A stretch of DNA of 64,000 nucleotides from a bacterium (GCA_030697795.1 JAUYOV010000004.1:77886-141885); one strand, 5' to 3'; shown: positions 1 to 8,965, counted from the stretch's first letter. Numbers and translations are program-made. Notes: a model not told the origin generated them from the sequence alone.

Positions 1-156
1 CCTTATGGGTCCTACACCTTTAGTATCGGCTTTTGAAAGCTGGCCAACAAAATCCAAAATAGCCGACATCTCGGCTTGGTATTTTTCTATTTGATCTTCG
101 GTAACCTCTATCCGCGCCAACTGCGCAATTTTTTTAACTTCTTTTTTGGAGATCAT
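1..156 (-). CDS. gatC: Glu-tRNA(Gln)/Asp-tRNA(Asn) amidotransferase subunit C, N-terminal part (gene runs off window start)
   Basis: Reverse translation from the ATG at 154-156 gives MISKKEVKKIAQLARIEVTEDQIEKYQAEMSAILDFVGQLSKADTKGVGPIR, the typical GatC N-terminus. It is absent from the ORF track because it is truncated. Confidence 0.6.
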   Translation of the reverse strand, partial: MISKKEVKKIAQLARIEVTEDQIEKYQAEMSAILDFVGQLSKADTKGVGPIR

Positions 157-287
157 GCTGTTTATGATAACAGGTTTGAAAAACAGCCGAAACTTGACTT
201 GATTAAATAAGTAAGTAATAGTATTTATAAGCCCGAGTAAGCACACTTAGATTGGATGGGCCTACACCCCAAAAAGGAGGAAGCGAG

Positions 288-518
288 ATGCCAAAATGCA
301 AGAAGTGCAACGACACTGGCTCAATAGAAACCGGTAATAACGATCTACCCTGCGATTGCTCCGCCGGTGCGACAGCCCTCTTCAACACAGCAGGGGTTAA
401 AGGGTCTGTGACTGGACAAGAAGTCCGGCGACATTTTCTAAATGGTTCGCCAGAACCCATCACTACCAGTGGGAATCCAATTCCGGCTTCAAGTTTGCCG
501 GGAAGACAGAAACAATAA
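288..518 (+). CDS. small Cys-rich hypothetical protein (CxxC...CxC), GC-rich relative to surroundings
   Basis: AAGGAGG RBS at 279-285 lies 5 nt before the ATG at 288. A strong intrinsic terminator follows at 543-580. The overlapping minus-strand ORF 203-526 lacks such signals. Confidence 0.45.
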   Translation: MPKCKKCNDTGSIETGNNDLPCDCSAGATALFNTAGVKGSVTGQEVRRHFLNGSPEPITTSGNPIPASSLPGRQKQ

Positions 519-542
519 ACTGTCACATTGTCTACGACAATC

Positions 543-581
543 CCCAGCGGCCAATGCGCCGCTGGGGATTTTTTAAAAAAA
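543..581 (+). terminator. rho-independent terminator (ccccagcggc...gccgctgggg + T-run)
   Basis: 10-bp GC stem followed by attttttaaaaaaa on the plus strand. Confidence 0.55.
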
Positions 582-881
582 TTATTTAATCAAAATCTGT
601 AACTTCTTATTGAAAGTCTCGGCCACTTTATCTAACATTTCTATAGTAAAGTTTTGGCTTCCGCTTTCCATTCTGGCAATATTGCTTTGAGTAGTACCGA
701 TTCTTTTGGCAAATTGTTCTTGAGAAATACGGTTCTTTCTGCGTAATTGTAAAATCTGGTAAGCAATTTCAAGTTGTTTACCATAAGAATGGTAATGTTT
801 CTTTATTTCCTTATTCTTTAATTGCCTCTTTAGATAAACATTAAAATCAGTAGCTTTTGATATCTTGTCTTTTTTATTCAT
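582..881 (-). CDS. HTH XRE-family antitoxin (HigA-like)
   Basis: 99 aa. An HTH motif (QEQFAKRIGTTQSNIARMESG) is present. It overlaps the upstream toxin-like gene by 8 nt. Confidence 0.7.
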   Translation of the reverse strand: MNKKDKISKATDFNVYLKRQLKNKEIKKHYHSYGKQLEIAYQILQLRRKNRISQEQFAKRIGTTQSNIARMESGSQNFTIEMLDKVAETFNKKLQILIK

Positions 882-1236
882 ATAGATTGGGATTGCTTAT
901 AACATCCTTATAATTTTCAACCGCCCTTTTTATTTCCGATAAAGGCGCTTTATTTGTTTTCTTTAAAAAAGCGTGTAATAAAATAATTTTCTTTCCCACA
1001 AAAGTAAAATAGAAGATTCTGTGTCTGTTTCTGGCAAAATCAACCCTTAATTCTCTTATTTTGCCGGTGACGTGTTTAGAGTAAGGTTCGTCTAAATATC
1101 CTTCGTGCTCTCTTAAAAATTCAATGTATTTAAAAACCTTGGCTTTATTCTTAATATCTAATTTAGAAATATACTCTAAAACAGGTTCTCTGCCGTTCAA
1201 ACTATCTCGATAAAATTTAACCTTATATTCGGACAT
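874..1236 (-). CDS. RelE/ParE-superfamily toxin (HigB / phage Gp49-like)
   Basis: 120 aa basic protein sitting upstream of the HTH antitoxin in HigB-HigA order. RelE/Gp49-like sequence character. Confidence 0.55.
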   Translation of the reverse strand: MSEYKVKFYRDSLNGREPVLEYISKLDIKNKAKVFKYIEFLREHEGYLDEPYSKHVTGKIRELRVDFARNRHRIFYFTFVGKKIILLHAFLKKTNKAPLSEIKRAVENYKDVISNPNLYE

Positions 1237-1266
1237 AGAAAGTATATATCATATAAGATATATGAG

Positions 1267-3309
1267 TCAACCGACCATGTTTAAAAACTCACGCTCGGAA
1301 ATTATTTTTACACCAAGCTTCTCTGCTTTATCAAATTTAGACCCTGCATTTTCGCCGGCAATAACGTAATCGGTTTCTTTGGAAACTGACGATGATACAT
1401 CTCCGCCCATTAGGCGGATTTTTTCTTTGGCAGAATCGCGCGACAAAGTTTCCAATGTACCGGTTAAAACAAAAGTTTTACCCGCTAATTTTTTGGAGAT
1501 TTTAGGCGGAGACAAAACAGTAATTTGGCACCTAAGCAACTTGGTAATTAGTTGCCTATTTTCTTTGTTTTCAAACCAAGCTTTAATGCTGGCCGCAGCT
1601 TTCTCGCCCACGCCCGGAACTTTTTTTAAGTCTTCCTCACTAGCTAGGGTTAAATTTTCGATACTATTAAAATATACTGCGAGTAAATTCGCTGTCTCCT
1701 CACCTACGTGAATTATACCCAAAGCATATATAAACCTAGCTAAAGATATTTTTTTAGATTTTTGTATAGAAGCTACTAGTTTATCAGCCGAGATTTCGGC
1801 AAAACCTTCCAAACCTAAAAGATCTTTTGATTCTAATTTAAAAATATCGCTGGAATCTTTAACCAAGCCCTCATCCACCAGCTTATCTACAATCTCGCTA
1901 CCCAAGCCCACCATATTAAAAGCTTTTTTAGAAACAAAGTGATACAAGCCTTCTCTGTGTTGAGCGGGACATTTTTTATTTATGCATTTACGCGTAGCTT
2001 CACCCGCGAGACGCTTAATTTCGCCACTACATACCGGACATTTTCTAGGAAAATAAAATTCTTTAGAATTTTTTGGGCGTAATTTTTTTAAAACATTAAC
2101 TACGTCCGGAATAACATCCCCCGCGCGTTGCACAATAACCGTATCGCCTATTCTAATATCTAATCTTTTTATTTCATCTTCGTTATGAAGCGTGGCTCTA
2201 GTCACATTTACACCGTTAATATCTACCGAATCTAAAACTGCCACCGGCGTTAAAACTCCGGTGCGGCCAACTTGTATAATAATATCTAAAACTTTTGTCG
2301 TGGCTTCCTTGCCCGGAAATTTAAAAGCCACAGCTCCGCGCGGAGCTTTACCTACCACGCCTAATTTAGAAAAAATTTGATTATTGTTAACCGAAATAAC
2401 AAGCCCATCTATCTCCCAAGCCATCTTTTCGCGTTTTTTATAAATCTCGTTCCAAAAATTTGTAACGTCATCTATATTTTTAAGTTCCCTAGCTTCGGAG
2501 TCTGTCTTAAATCCTAAAAGTTTTAAAAGTGAATGTTTTTGGCTGTGTTCAGTTTGACCAAGATCTGTTACCAAATCATAAGCCAAAAAATCTAGTCTGC
2601 GTTTAGCTACAATAGCTGGATCCAGCTGGCGAACCGTGCCGGCCGCAGTGTTTCTAGGATTGGCGTATTCCGAAAGACCCAGCTTTTTTTGTTCTTGGTT
2701 AATTTTCTCAAAAACGGATTTTGTCATAAAAACTTCACCGCGTATTTCAATATCGCCCGCTGAAATTAACTTTAAAACTTCGTTAGAATCTAGCCCAAGT
2801 CTTTTTATTTCCGATTCTTTTAACTCGCGCAATTTTAAAGGTATGGCTTGTATTGTTTTTATATTTTCGGTAACATCTTCGCCTGTTTTACCATCGCCGC
2901 GTGTGGCGCCAATATTTAAAACTCCTTTTTTATAGGTTAAAGACACGGCAAAACCATCTATTTTAAGTTCGCCCAAAAAATCTAATTTCTCGTTTGGCAC
3001 AATTTTTGAAATTCTGGCGAGCCACGCTTCAAATTCTTCGGCAGTAAAAACATCTTGCAAGGAAAGCATAGGGACGTGGTGGCCTACTTTTTTAAAAAAC
3101 GGCAAAGGCTTGCCCCCCACACGCTGTGTGGGAGAATCTGGAGTTATTAAATCTGGGAATTTGCCCTCTAACTCGGAAAGTTCATGCTTTAAGCTATCTA
3201 GAGCTGAATCGGAAATTTCTTGTTTATCTAAAACATGATAAAGATAGCGGTGGCGTTCTACCTCCGTTTTAAGTTTTTCTATCCTAATTTTGGCTTGTTT
3301 TTTGTCCAT
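1267..3309 (-). CDS. ligA: NAD-dependent DNA ligase LigA
   Basis: KxDG adenylation motif (LKIDGFAVSL), Zn-finger cysteines, HhH and a BRCT tail. The likely start is MDKKQAK at 3309; the ORF-track start at 3351 is an upstream extension. Confidence 0.9.
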   Translation of the reverse strand: MDKKQAKIRIEKLKTEVERHRYLYHVLDKQEISDSALDSLKHELSELEGKFPDLITPDSPTQRVGGKPLPFFKKVGHHVPMLSLQDVFTAEEFEAWLARISKIVPNEKLDFLGELKIDGFAVSLTYKKGVLNIGATRGDGKTGEDVTENIKTIQAIPLKLRELKESEIKRLGLDSNEVLKLISAGDIEIRGEVFMTKSVFEKINQEQKKLGLSEYANPRNTAAGTVRQLDPAIVAKRRLDFLAYDLVTDLGQTEHSQKHSLLKLLGFKTDSEARELKNIDDVTNFWNEIYKKREKMAWEIDGLVISVNNNQIFSKLGVVGKAPRGAVAFKFPGKEATTKVLDIIIQVGRTGVLTPVAVLDSVDINGVNVTRATLHNEDEIKRLDIRIGDTVIVQRAGDVIPDVVNVLKKLRPKNSKEFYFPRKCPVCSGEIKRLAGEATRKCINKKCPAQHREGLYHFVSKKAFNMVGLGSEIVDKLVDEGLVKDSSDIFKLESKDLLGLEGFAEISADKLVASIQKSKKISLARFIYALGIIHVGEETANLLAVYFNSIENLTLASEEDLKKVPGVGEKAAASIKAWFENKENRQLITKLLRCQITVLSPPKISKKLAGKTFVLTGTLETLSRDSAKEKIRLMGGDVSSSVSKETDYVIAGENAGSKFDKAEKLGVKIISEREFLNMVG

Positions 3310-3383
3310 AATTGACACTCCTAATATAGCAAACCAAGACAAAAATAGCACCCTTTTTAAGCACGGGTACTATATACGAAAAG

Positions 3384-3752
3384 TTAGTAGGAAGCTTGAA
3401 AAGATCTCTGGACAGAACCCCTGCTACCAGTGCTTTTTACCTTTGTGTCATTACAATTATCAGTATAAGGAGCGATACCATCATCGTCTATATGAACTTC
3501 GTAGCCAGCTCCATTACCCATATCTAAATTTGTAAAACTGGCAGGGCTAGGGTCGGGGCTTATTTTGCCCGAACAAACATAAAACATTTTTTCAGCGCCC
3601 GAATCCGCCGCAAAAATAGCCGAAATAGAATCATCAACCAATCTTGTTACGCCAATTTGGCTTGTAGTTAAAATTGTAACGCCAAGAGCCGTGGCCATTA
3701 TGGTGCCCAGTAACAACATGGTTATTAGTAAAGCTATGCCTTGATTGTTCAT
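3384..3752 (-). CDS. PilX-like minor pilin
   Basis: N-terminal hydrophobic segment MNNQGIALLITMLLLGTIMATALGV, PilX_N-like. Adjacent to other minor pilins. Confidence 0.45.
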   Translation of the reverse strand: MNNQGIALLITMLLLGTIMATALGVTILTTSQIGVTRLVDDSISAIFAADSGAEKMFYVCSGKISPDPSPASFTNLDMGNGAGYEVHIDDDGIAPYTDNCNDTKVKSTGSRGSVQRSFQASY

Positions 3753-4297
3753 TAGAGAGCTTCCAAATTACGCGGGGTAACAGTTGTTTGTAAATTTATT
3801 GAACTCGCTGTACTAACACCAACTTCTGTATTTTTTATAGAAATAATTATCGTAACCCTGGGCTGTTTAAAATCAGATGCGCCCTTGCCCTTTATAATAA
3901 AATCCAATTTCTCTATAGAGACTTCGCTTGAACTTAGGGCCAGAGAAGGGTTAACGCCCGTGCTTTCTTTTATTTGGCTACTATCAAGTTGGTAAGTCAC
4001 AAGACCCTTGGTTGGGTGATTAATAGCCAAAACGGAACTTGTGCCGTCGGCGGTTTGAATTGTGCTTTGCCTTATGGCCCGCGCCATTATTTCTAAAACA
4101 TAACGCGCGTTTTCTAAAACTTCCTGCTGATTGACATTTTTTCTTTGCGAGCCCACCGTGCTTACAAAAATAGAACTGACTATAGTTACTACCGTAGAAA
4201 AAACCGCCATAGCCACAATTAACTCTATGAGGGTGAAGCCCTCTTTAATTTCTAATTTCCAATTTCTAATTTCTAATTTTTTCTTATTTCCAATCAT
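3752..4297 (-). CDS. type IV minor pilin / pseudopilin (PilW-like)
   Basis: Class III signal motif GFTLIELIVAMAVF. The N-terminal leader is encoded by the ctaatttctaat repeat, so the true start is uncertain. Confidence 0.6.
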   Translation of the reverse strand: MIGNKKKLEIRNWKLEIKEGFTLIELIVAMAVFSTVVTIVSSIFVSTVGSQRKNVNQQEVLENARYVLEIMARAIRQSTIQTADGTSSVLAINHPTKGLVTYQLDSSQIKESTGVNPSLALSSSEVSIEKLDFIIKGKGASDFKQPRVTIIISIKNTEVGVSTASSINLQTTVTPRNLEAL

Positions 4298-4808
4298 ATA
4301 GATGCTCTATAACCATTGTACTTTGATTTAAATTTTTCTCTTTCCAGTCCACAATGCTTTTTATCTCCAAATAACTTACATTGTTTCCAGAAATGGTTTC
4401 CATTTTTGTTGTAATTTCTAAATGACTTTTAAAAGAAGTATTGCAAACATAGGCTGGCGACACCGCGTGTTTGTATGTACTACCGCTCCAGTTTAAACAT
4501 TTTCTAGCCTCACTACTATCAGAAGCATCAACCGATATACTATTGTAATCAACTATGCCCGACAATGTATCTGGGATATCGGTTAACCAGGGCGAGCCCT
4601 TTAAATAATTTGTATCCCTAATATTACGAACAACTTCAACACCTTCGGCGGCCAAATGAGCTGCCACCACGCGATCTTTTAAAACCGAGGCTTGCGCCGA
4701 ACTTTTGGAAATCAAAACCAAAGACCCCACAAAGCCAACAGAAATTACACCAATAGCCACAATAGCCTCGACCAGAGAAAAACCACTTGTTTTGAAATTC
4801 CTGTTCAT
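4284..4808 (-). CDS. type IV minor pilin / pseudopilin (PilV-like)
   Basis: MNRNFKTSGFSLVEAIVAIGV prepilin N-terminus. Confidence 0.6.
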   Translation of the reverse strand: MNRNFKTSGFSLVEAIVAIGVISVGFVGSLVLISKSSAQASVLKDRVVAAHLAAEGVEVVRNIRDTNYLKGSPWLTDIPDTLSGIVDYNSISVDASDSSEARKCLNWSGSTYKHAVSPAYVCNTSFKSHLEITTKMETISGNNVSYLEIKSIVDWKEKNLNQSTMVIEHLYDWK

Positions 4809-4938
4809 AAAAATGACAAATGACTAAGCTCAAATTTCTAATCAATGACTAATGTCCAATGACCAATAATAAAAATTTTAGAAATTTGACATTTAATAAT
4901 TTGAAATTGATTTGTCATTAGAAATTAGTAATTAGACA

Positions 4939-5478
4939 TTACTCTACGCTGACTGATCCTTTTGAATTTATATAAATATATTTGCAAAGCGTAATATCTT
5001 TTATACCGCAAAGAGTTATGGTGGCACTGGCCAAATCAAGTTCGCTTGTGTTTATGGCAGTTACAGGTAGGGGCGGAATAAAAAATATTTCTAAGGGGCT
5101 AGCCGGGCTAACCAAGCTTATTTGGCTAGCCGATAAAATAACGGTTGAAAGCAATATGTCGGAACCTGCATTATAAGCTTTATTTTCGTCACAATCGGCC
5201 ACCAAACGATATCTATCCGGCAAGGCTGTACTTAAAATTATACCAGAAGGCACAACTTTATTACCCAAGACCCCACAATCTTGTGCAATAGACGATAAAG
5301 CCATATTCTGAACTTTTCTTATTTCCTCGGCCAAACGCCTAGTCTCTAAGATAATTTTTCGCTGATCCGCTCCTTTATTGCCTCCGGTAATTACCATAGC
5401 CGACAAAAAACCAACTATACCTATAATTATAATTAACTCAATCAAGGTGAAACCGCTTGTTTTGAAATTCATATTCAT
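4939..5478 (-). CDS. type IV minor pilin / pseudopilin (FimT/GspH-like); tandem paralogue of 4284-4808
   Basis: MNMNFKTSGFTLIELIIIIG prepilin N-terminus. Its upstream 50 nt are duplicated at 4801-4850. Confidence 0.6.
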   Translation of the reverse strand: MNMNFKTSGFTLIELIIIIGIVGFLSAMVITGGNKGADQRKIILETRRLAEEIRKVQNMALSSIAQDCGVLGNKVVPSGIILSTALPDRYRLVADCDENKAYNAGSDILLSTVILSASQISLVSPASPLEIFFIPPLPVTAINTSELDLASATITLCGIKDITLCKYIYINSKGSVSVE

Positions 5479-5627
5479 AAAAATGACAAATGACTAAGCT
5501 CAAATTTCTAATCAAATCTAAATGACTAATGTCTAATGATTAAATTAAACTTGGCCTTTAGGCTTTGACATTTGACATTGATTAGTAATTAGAAATTAGG
5601 CATTTTTATACTTCACCTGCAACAAAA

Positions 5628-6383
5628 TTAAAACCATACCAACAATAGTTTCTCGTACCACCTTAAAACCGCGTCTCCCCACAAATACGCTACCCAAGCT
5701 CCAGTTATTAAAAATGGGCCAAATGGAATTTTACTTTTTAAATTAACCAAGCGAAATATTAAAAGAGGTATGCCTACGGCCGAACCCAAGATATAAGCAA
5801 ACAAAAGCCCAATTAAACCCACTGGCCAGCCCAGCCATAAACCCAAAAATAAACCCAATTTGGCATCCCCGCCGCCGACCCATTTCCCTTTTGAAAGAAA
5901 ATATTGCGCAAAGAAAAAGGAAAATATAACCAGCGCCATCAATATATTATTTTCAAAATTCTCTACTTGAAAAAACCATAAGCCAAAAACAACCCATATT
6001 GCACCTAAAAAGATAGATCCATTTAAAATTATTAAATTTTTAAGATCGTAAACAAATATAAAGACTGACAATAAAAATATTCCAGCAAGCCAAATAAATT
6101 CCGCGCCATTAAATTTTGAAGCTAAAAAATATAAGCCTAAACCAGAAACCAATTCTATTAACGGATACTGCCAACTTATCTTTTTATTACAATAACGGCA
6201 TTTGCCCAATAAAAAGATAAAACTTAAAACCGGAATCAAATCTAGAAAACCCAACTTATGCCCGCACTTAACACATTCCGATCTTTCAAAAGAAATATTC
6301 TTATTTCTGGGAATTCGCCAAAGCAGAGCATTTATAAAACTGCCTCCAATCAAACCAAGAACCAGAGCATACAACTTTATCAT
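5628..6383 (-). CDS. pilD: prepilin peptidase (A24 family)
   Basis: Cys tetrad CVKCGH...CRYCNK and the polytopic membrane profile typical of PilD. Confidence 0.85.
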   Translation of the reverse strand: MIKLYALVLGLIGGSFINALLWRIPRNKNISFERSECVKCGHKLGFLDLIPVLSFIFLLGKCRYCNKKISWQYPLIELVSGLGLYFLASKFNGAEFIWLAGIFLLSVFIFVYDLKNLIILNGSIFLGAIWVVFGLWFFQVENFENNILMALVIFSFFFAQYFLSKGKWVGGGDAKLGLFLGLWLGWPVGLIGLLFAYILGSAVGIPLLIFRLVNLKSKIPFGPFLITGAWVAYLWGDAVLRWYEKLLLVWF

Positions 6384-6397
6384 TAATATTATTCTAA

Positions 6398-7690
6398 TTA
6401 TTTAAAAATATTAAATATTTTTTGAAATGACATATCAAAAAAGTTGAATACTCCCGCTGTTCCAGATTTGTTATTGTCCAAAAAAATTACTTTTTTACTT
6501 GGCGTAGCTTGGCTAGGTTTTATTTTAAACAAAACAGCTGCAGAATTATTAGTCTCATTTGATTCATTAACCATATTGGTTGTGTCCACTAAAACTTCTA
6601 TCGTATTGTCCCCCTCTACTGACCAATTGAAATTGGGCATAGTATAAGCAAAATTTAAAACCTTCTTAGGTTTTAAATTGCTTTGTGGTAATTCAGCTAT
6701 TACCGAATTATCATTTTTATTTCTTACAATTACAACATAACTACCCGATTCAGTTTCACCTAAATTTCTAATCGTAGCCCTGACGTTAACTCTGCTATCG
6801 GCTTTGGTATAAGCACTTTTTCGAGGAGATAATGTAATACTATTGATAACTAAATCAGCTGGTTTAGGCAAAATTATATTCAAAGAGACGTTAGTTGAAT
6901 TATCATCTTCCTTGGATTCAATAATATCGTTGTCTGGATCCACTACAATTTCTAAGTTATTTTGGCCTGCATTAGACCCGTTTAGACTCCTAAGAGTATA
7001 AGAAAAATTAACAGATTGACTAGGCTTAAGACCATTCATAATCTGTCGCCCCAAAATAGAACCGTTATTTTTATTCCTAATAACTATTATATAGCTACCT
7101 GAATCTCCTTTATCAGTATTCCTTATGACAGCACTGACCCTAACTTGTTCTGATTTTAAATATGCAGGTTTACTAGGAGAAAGGACGGGGTTAGTAAGAG
7201 TAAGGTTGGCAAAGCTGGAGACAGCAACAACTTTTCCTCTAGCCCTGCTTCTCTTGCCCATTTCAGATTCTGGATTCCAAGGCCTGCCCCAATCGGAAGA
7301 TCGAGGTTGATCTGTATAAGAAAGATCTTTTTCTTGTCGGCCAAATGGCTGAGATTTCCATCTGTTAAAATCTTGCTCGGCCGCTTGACCAAATCCCCCC
7401 CACTGGTTATTTGTATTAGCCGTAGTAGAATAAGGATCCCAAGGTTCCCCCCCCGTCCACACCGAAGCCCTGTCCTTCATCCACTTATATGCCTGATTAT
7501 AAGTTACTGCGTTTGGATGCATACTTGATCCCCCCAACTGATATGTCTTTACTAACTGATATAATTCAAACGGCGTTAAATTATAAATCCAACCCAAAGA
7601 GGGATCGTCTGTACCTATCGGATCGGCAAAAACAGATACGGGTACAAATAAAAACAAACTAACAAACAAAAGGAGAAGTGCTTTTTTCAT
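6398..7690 (-). CDS. secreted protein with two CARDB-like repeat domains
   Basis: Signal peptide MKKALLLLFVSLFLFVPVSVFA. Two internal ~95-aa repeats (VRVSAVIRNTDKGDSGSYIIVIRNKNNGS / VNVRATIRNLGETESGSYVVIVRNKNDNS). Confidence 0.55.
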   Translation of the reverse strand: MKKALLLLFVSLFLFVPVSVFADPIGTDDPSLGWIYNLTPFELYQLVKTYQLGGSSMHPNAVTYNQAYKWMKDRASVWTGGEPWDPYSTTANTNNQWGGFGQAAEQDFNRWKSQPFGRQEKDLSYTDQPRSSDWGRPWNPESEMGKRSRARGKVVAVSSFANLTLTNPVLSPSKPAYLKSEQVRVSAVIRNTDKGDSGSYIIVIRNKNNGSILGRQIMNGLKPSQSVNFSYTLRSLNGSNAGQNNLEIVVDPDNDIIESKEDDNSTNVSLNIILPKPADLVINSITLSPRKSAYTKADSRVNVRATIRNLGETESGSYVVIVRNKNDNSVIAELPQSNLKPKKVLNFAYTMPNFNWSVEGDNTIEVLVDTTNMVNESNETNNSAAVLFKIKPSQATPSKKVIFLDNNKSGTAGVFNFFDMSFQKIFNIFK

Positions 7691-7788
7691 AATTTTTGAA
7701 AATTAGACATTAATACAATCTATTGTAACACAAAAACGCCTTCGATTTTTGGTCAAAGGCGTTTTTAAAAATAAATATTTATCTATAT

Positions 7789-8322
7789 CTATGGCGATAA
7801 ACAATAAACAAAGTCTTCGCAATCAATGCCATAAACCGTGCCGTCCCTATCTGTATTTAAAGCTGAATTTGGCGTTTCTAACAAAGAAGCAATAACGTAT
7901 TTTTGAGGGTTGGAATCGTTATCTACCGCATAAGTGTAGCTATTACCCGAAGAATCGGCCGGCATATTTGTAATATAGGTAGTGCCGCCACAAGCCATTG
8001 GGGTAGCTACCGCTGGAAAAGTAGAGGCCGACAGATATTTGCCTATATCGTTATAGCAAAACTCTAAAGCTAAGGCTATTTGCCTGACATCGCCCAATCT
8101 TTTAGCATCTCTGGCTTTGGCTCTAGCCGAATTTAACGAAACCAAAACCACTGTGGCTAAAATACCAATAATGGTTATAACCACCAAAAGTTCCACCAAA
8201 GTAAACCCAGCACGCGAATAGCGCGCCTGCGCCCTTTGGGCTACGGCAACACGAAAGCGCCCACACGAATTTCTATTCGCGTCATTCGAGTGTATTCGCG
8301 TATTGGTGTCGCGTCTGTTCAT
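7789..8322 (-). CDS. type IV major pilin (PilA-like); N-terminal extension probably spurious
   Basis: GFTLVELLVVITIIGILATVVL class III signal. The annotated N-terminus (to 8322) is translated across an intergenic repeat that is also found at 8934-8970. Confidence 0.65.
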   Translation of the reverse strand: MNRRDTNTRIHSNDANRNSCGRFRVAVAQRAQARYSRAGFTLVELLVVITIIGILATVVLVSLNSARAKARDAKRLGDVRQIALALEFCYNDIGKYLSASTFPAVATPMACGGTTYITNMPADSSGNSYTYAVDNDSNPQKYVIASLLETPNSALNTDRDGTVYGIDCEDFVYCLSP

Positions 8323-8328
8323 TAAAAA

Positions 8329-8844
8329 CTAGGGCTTTACGTCGTAAATAGGATCGGTTCCAGCAAAGTCCGCAGGGCTACCAGTACAAGCAGTACCAGC
8401 TGCAGCATCAGCATCGCTACTAAAAGCAGTGTTACCAGCATTCTCTAAGGTAGAACCTAAATGATAGCTAGAACAAGAATCGCCCGAACCCAAAGCTGCG
8501 TAAGAATAAACAGCGGCGCTTTGAGGATCTTTTGGCACAGCACTAACAAAACCTCCGGTAACCAGAAGAGTTAATGAATCAAGAACTGTGCTACTAATAG
8601 CTGGGTAATCTTGGCCCGTATCGGCGGCAGCGCCGTCATGGCCTTGGTTAGAATCGTAATAGCTTTCTAAAGCCAAAGAAAGTTGGTGCAAATCGGCAAT
8701 TCTTCTAGCATCCCTAGCCTTGGACCGAGCGCTGTTTAACGAAACCAAAACCACCGAAGCCAAAATACCAATAATGGCGATAACAACCAACAACTCGACC
8801 AAAGTGAAACCTAAACCTTTATTTAACTTCATTGACTTATACAT
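8329..8844 (-). CDS. pilA: type IV major pilin PilA
   Basis: Leader MYKSMKLNKGLG followed by FTLVELLVVIAIIGILASVV. Confidence 0.75.
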   Translation of the reverse strand: MYKSMKLNKGLGFTLVELLVVIAIIGILASVVLVSLNSARSKARDARRIADLHQLSLALESYYDSNQGHDGAAADTGQDYPAISSTVLDSLTLLVTGGFVSAVPKDPQSAAVYSYAALGSGDSCSSYHLGSTLENAGNTAFSSDADAAAGTACTGSPADFAGTDPIYDVKP

Positions 8845-8965
8845 TTTATCTTTGTTTAATTTTTTAATTTTGAAAGATTAACCAGCGACACTAATTACTA
8901 ATAACACACGAATCTACGAATGAATTTTATTCGCGTCATTCGAGTGTATTCGCGTATTGGTGTCG

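Noticed and set aside
203-526. Minus-strand 107-aa ORF overlapping the 288-518 plus-strand ORF
   Set aside because: It has no RBS or terminator on that strand. The plus-strand ORF has both.
1379-2935. Several plus-strand ORFs (1379-1711, 2192-2380, 2636-2935) inside ligA
   Set aside because: They are antisense to a highly confident conserved gene. They are shadow ORFs.
3752-4300. ctaatttccaatttctaatttctaat tandem repeat at 4250-4290 as a separate repeat feature
   Set aside because: It lies within the reading frame of the pseudopilin leader (KLEIRNWKLEIK). It may simply be repetitive coding sequence. It is noted only under start-site uncertainty.
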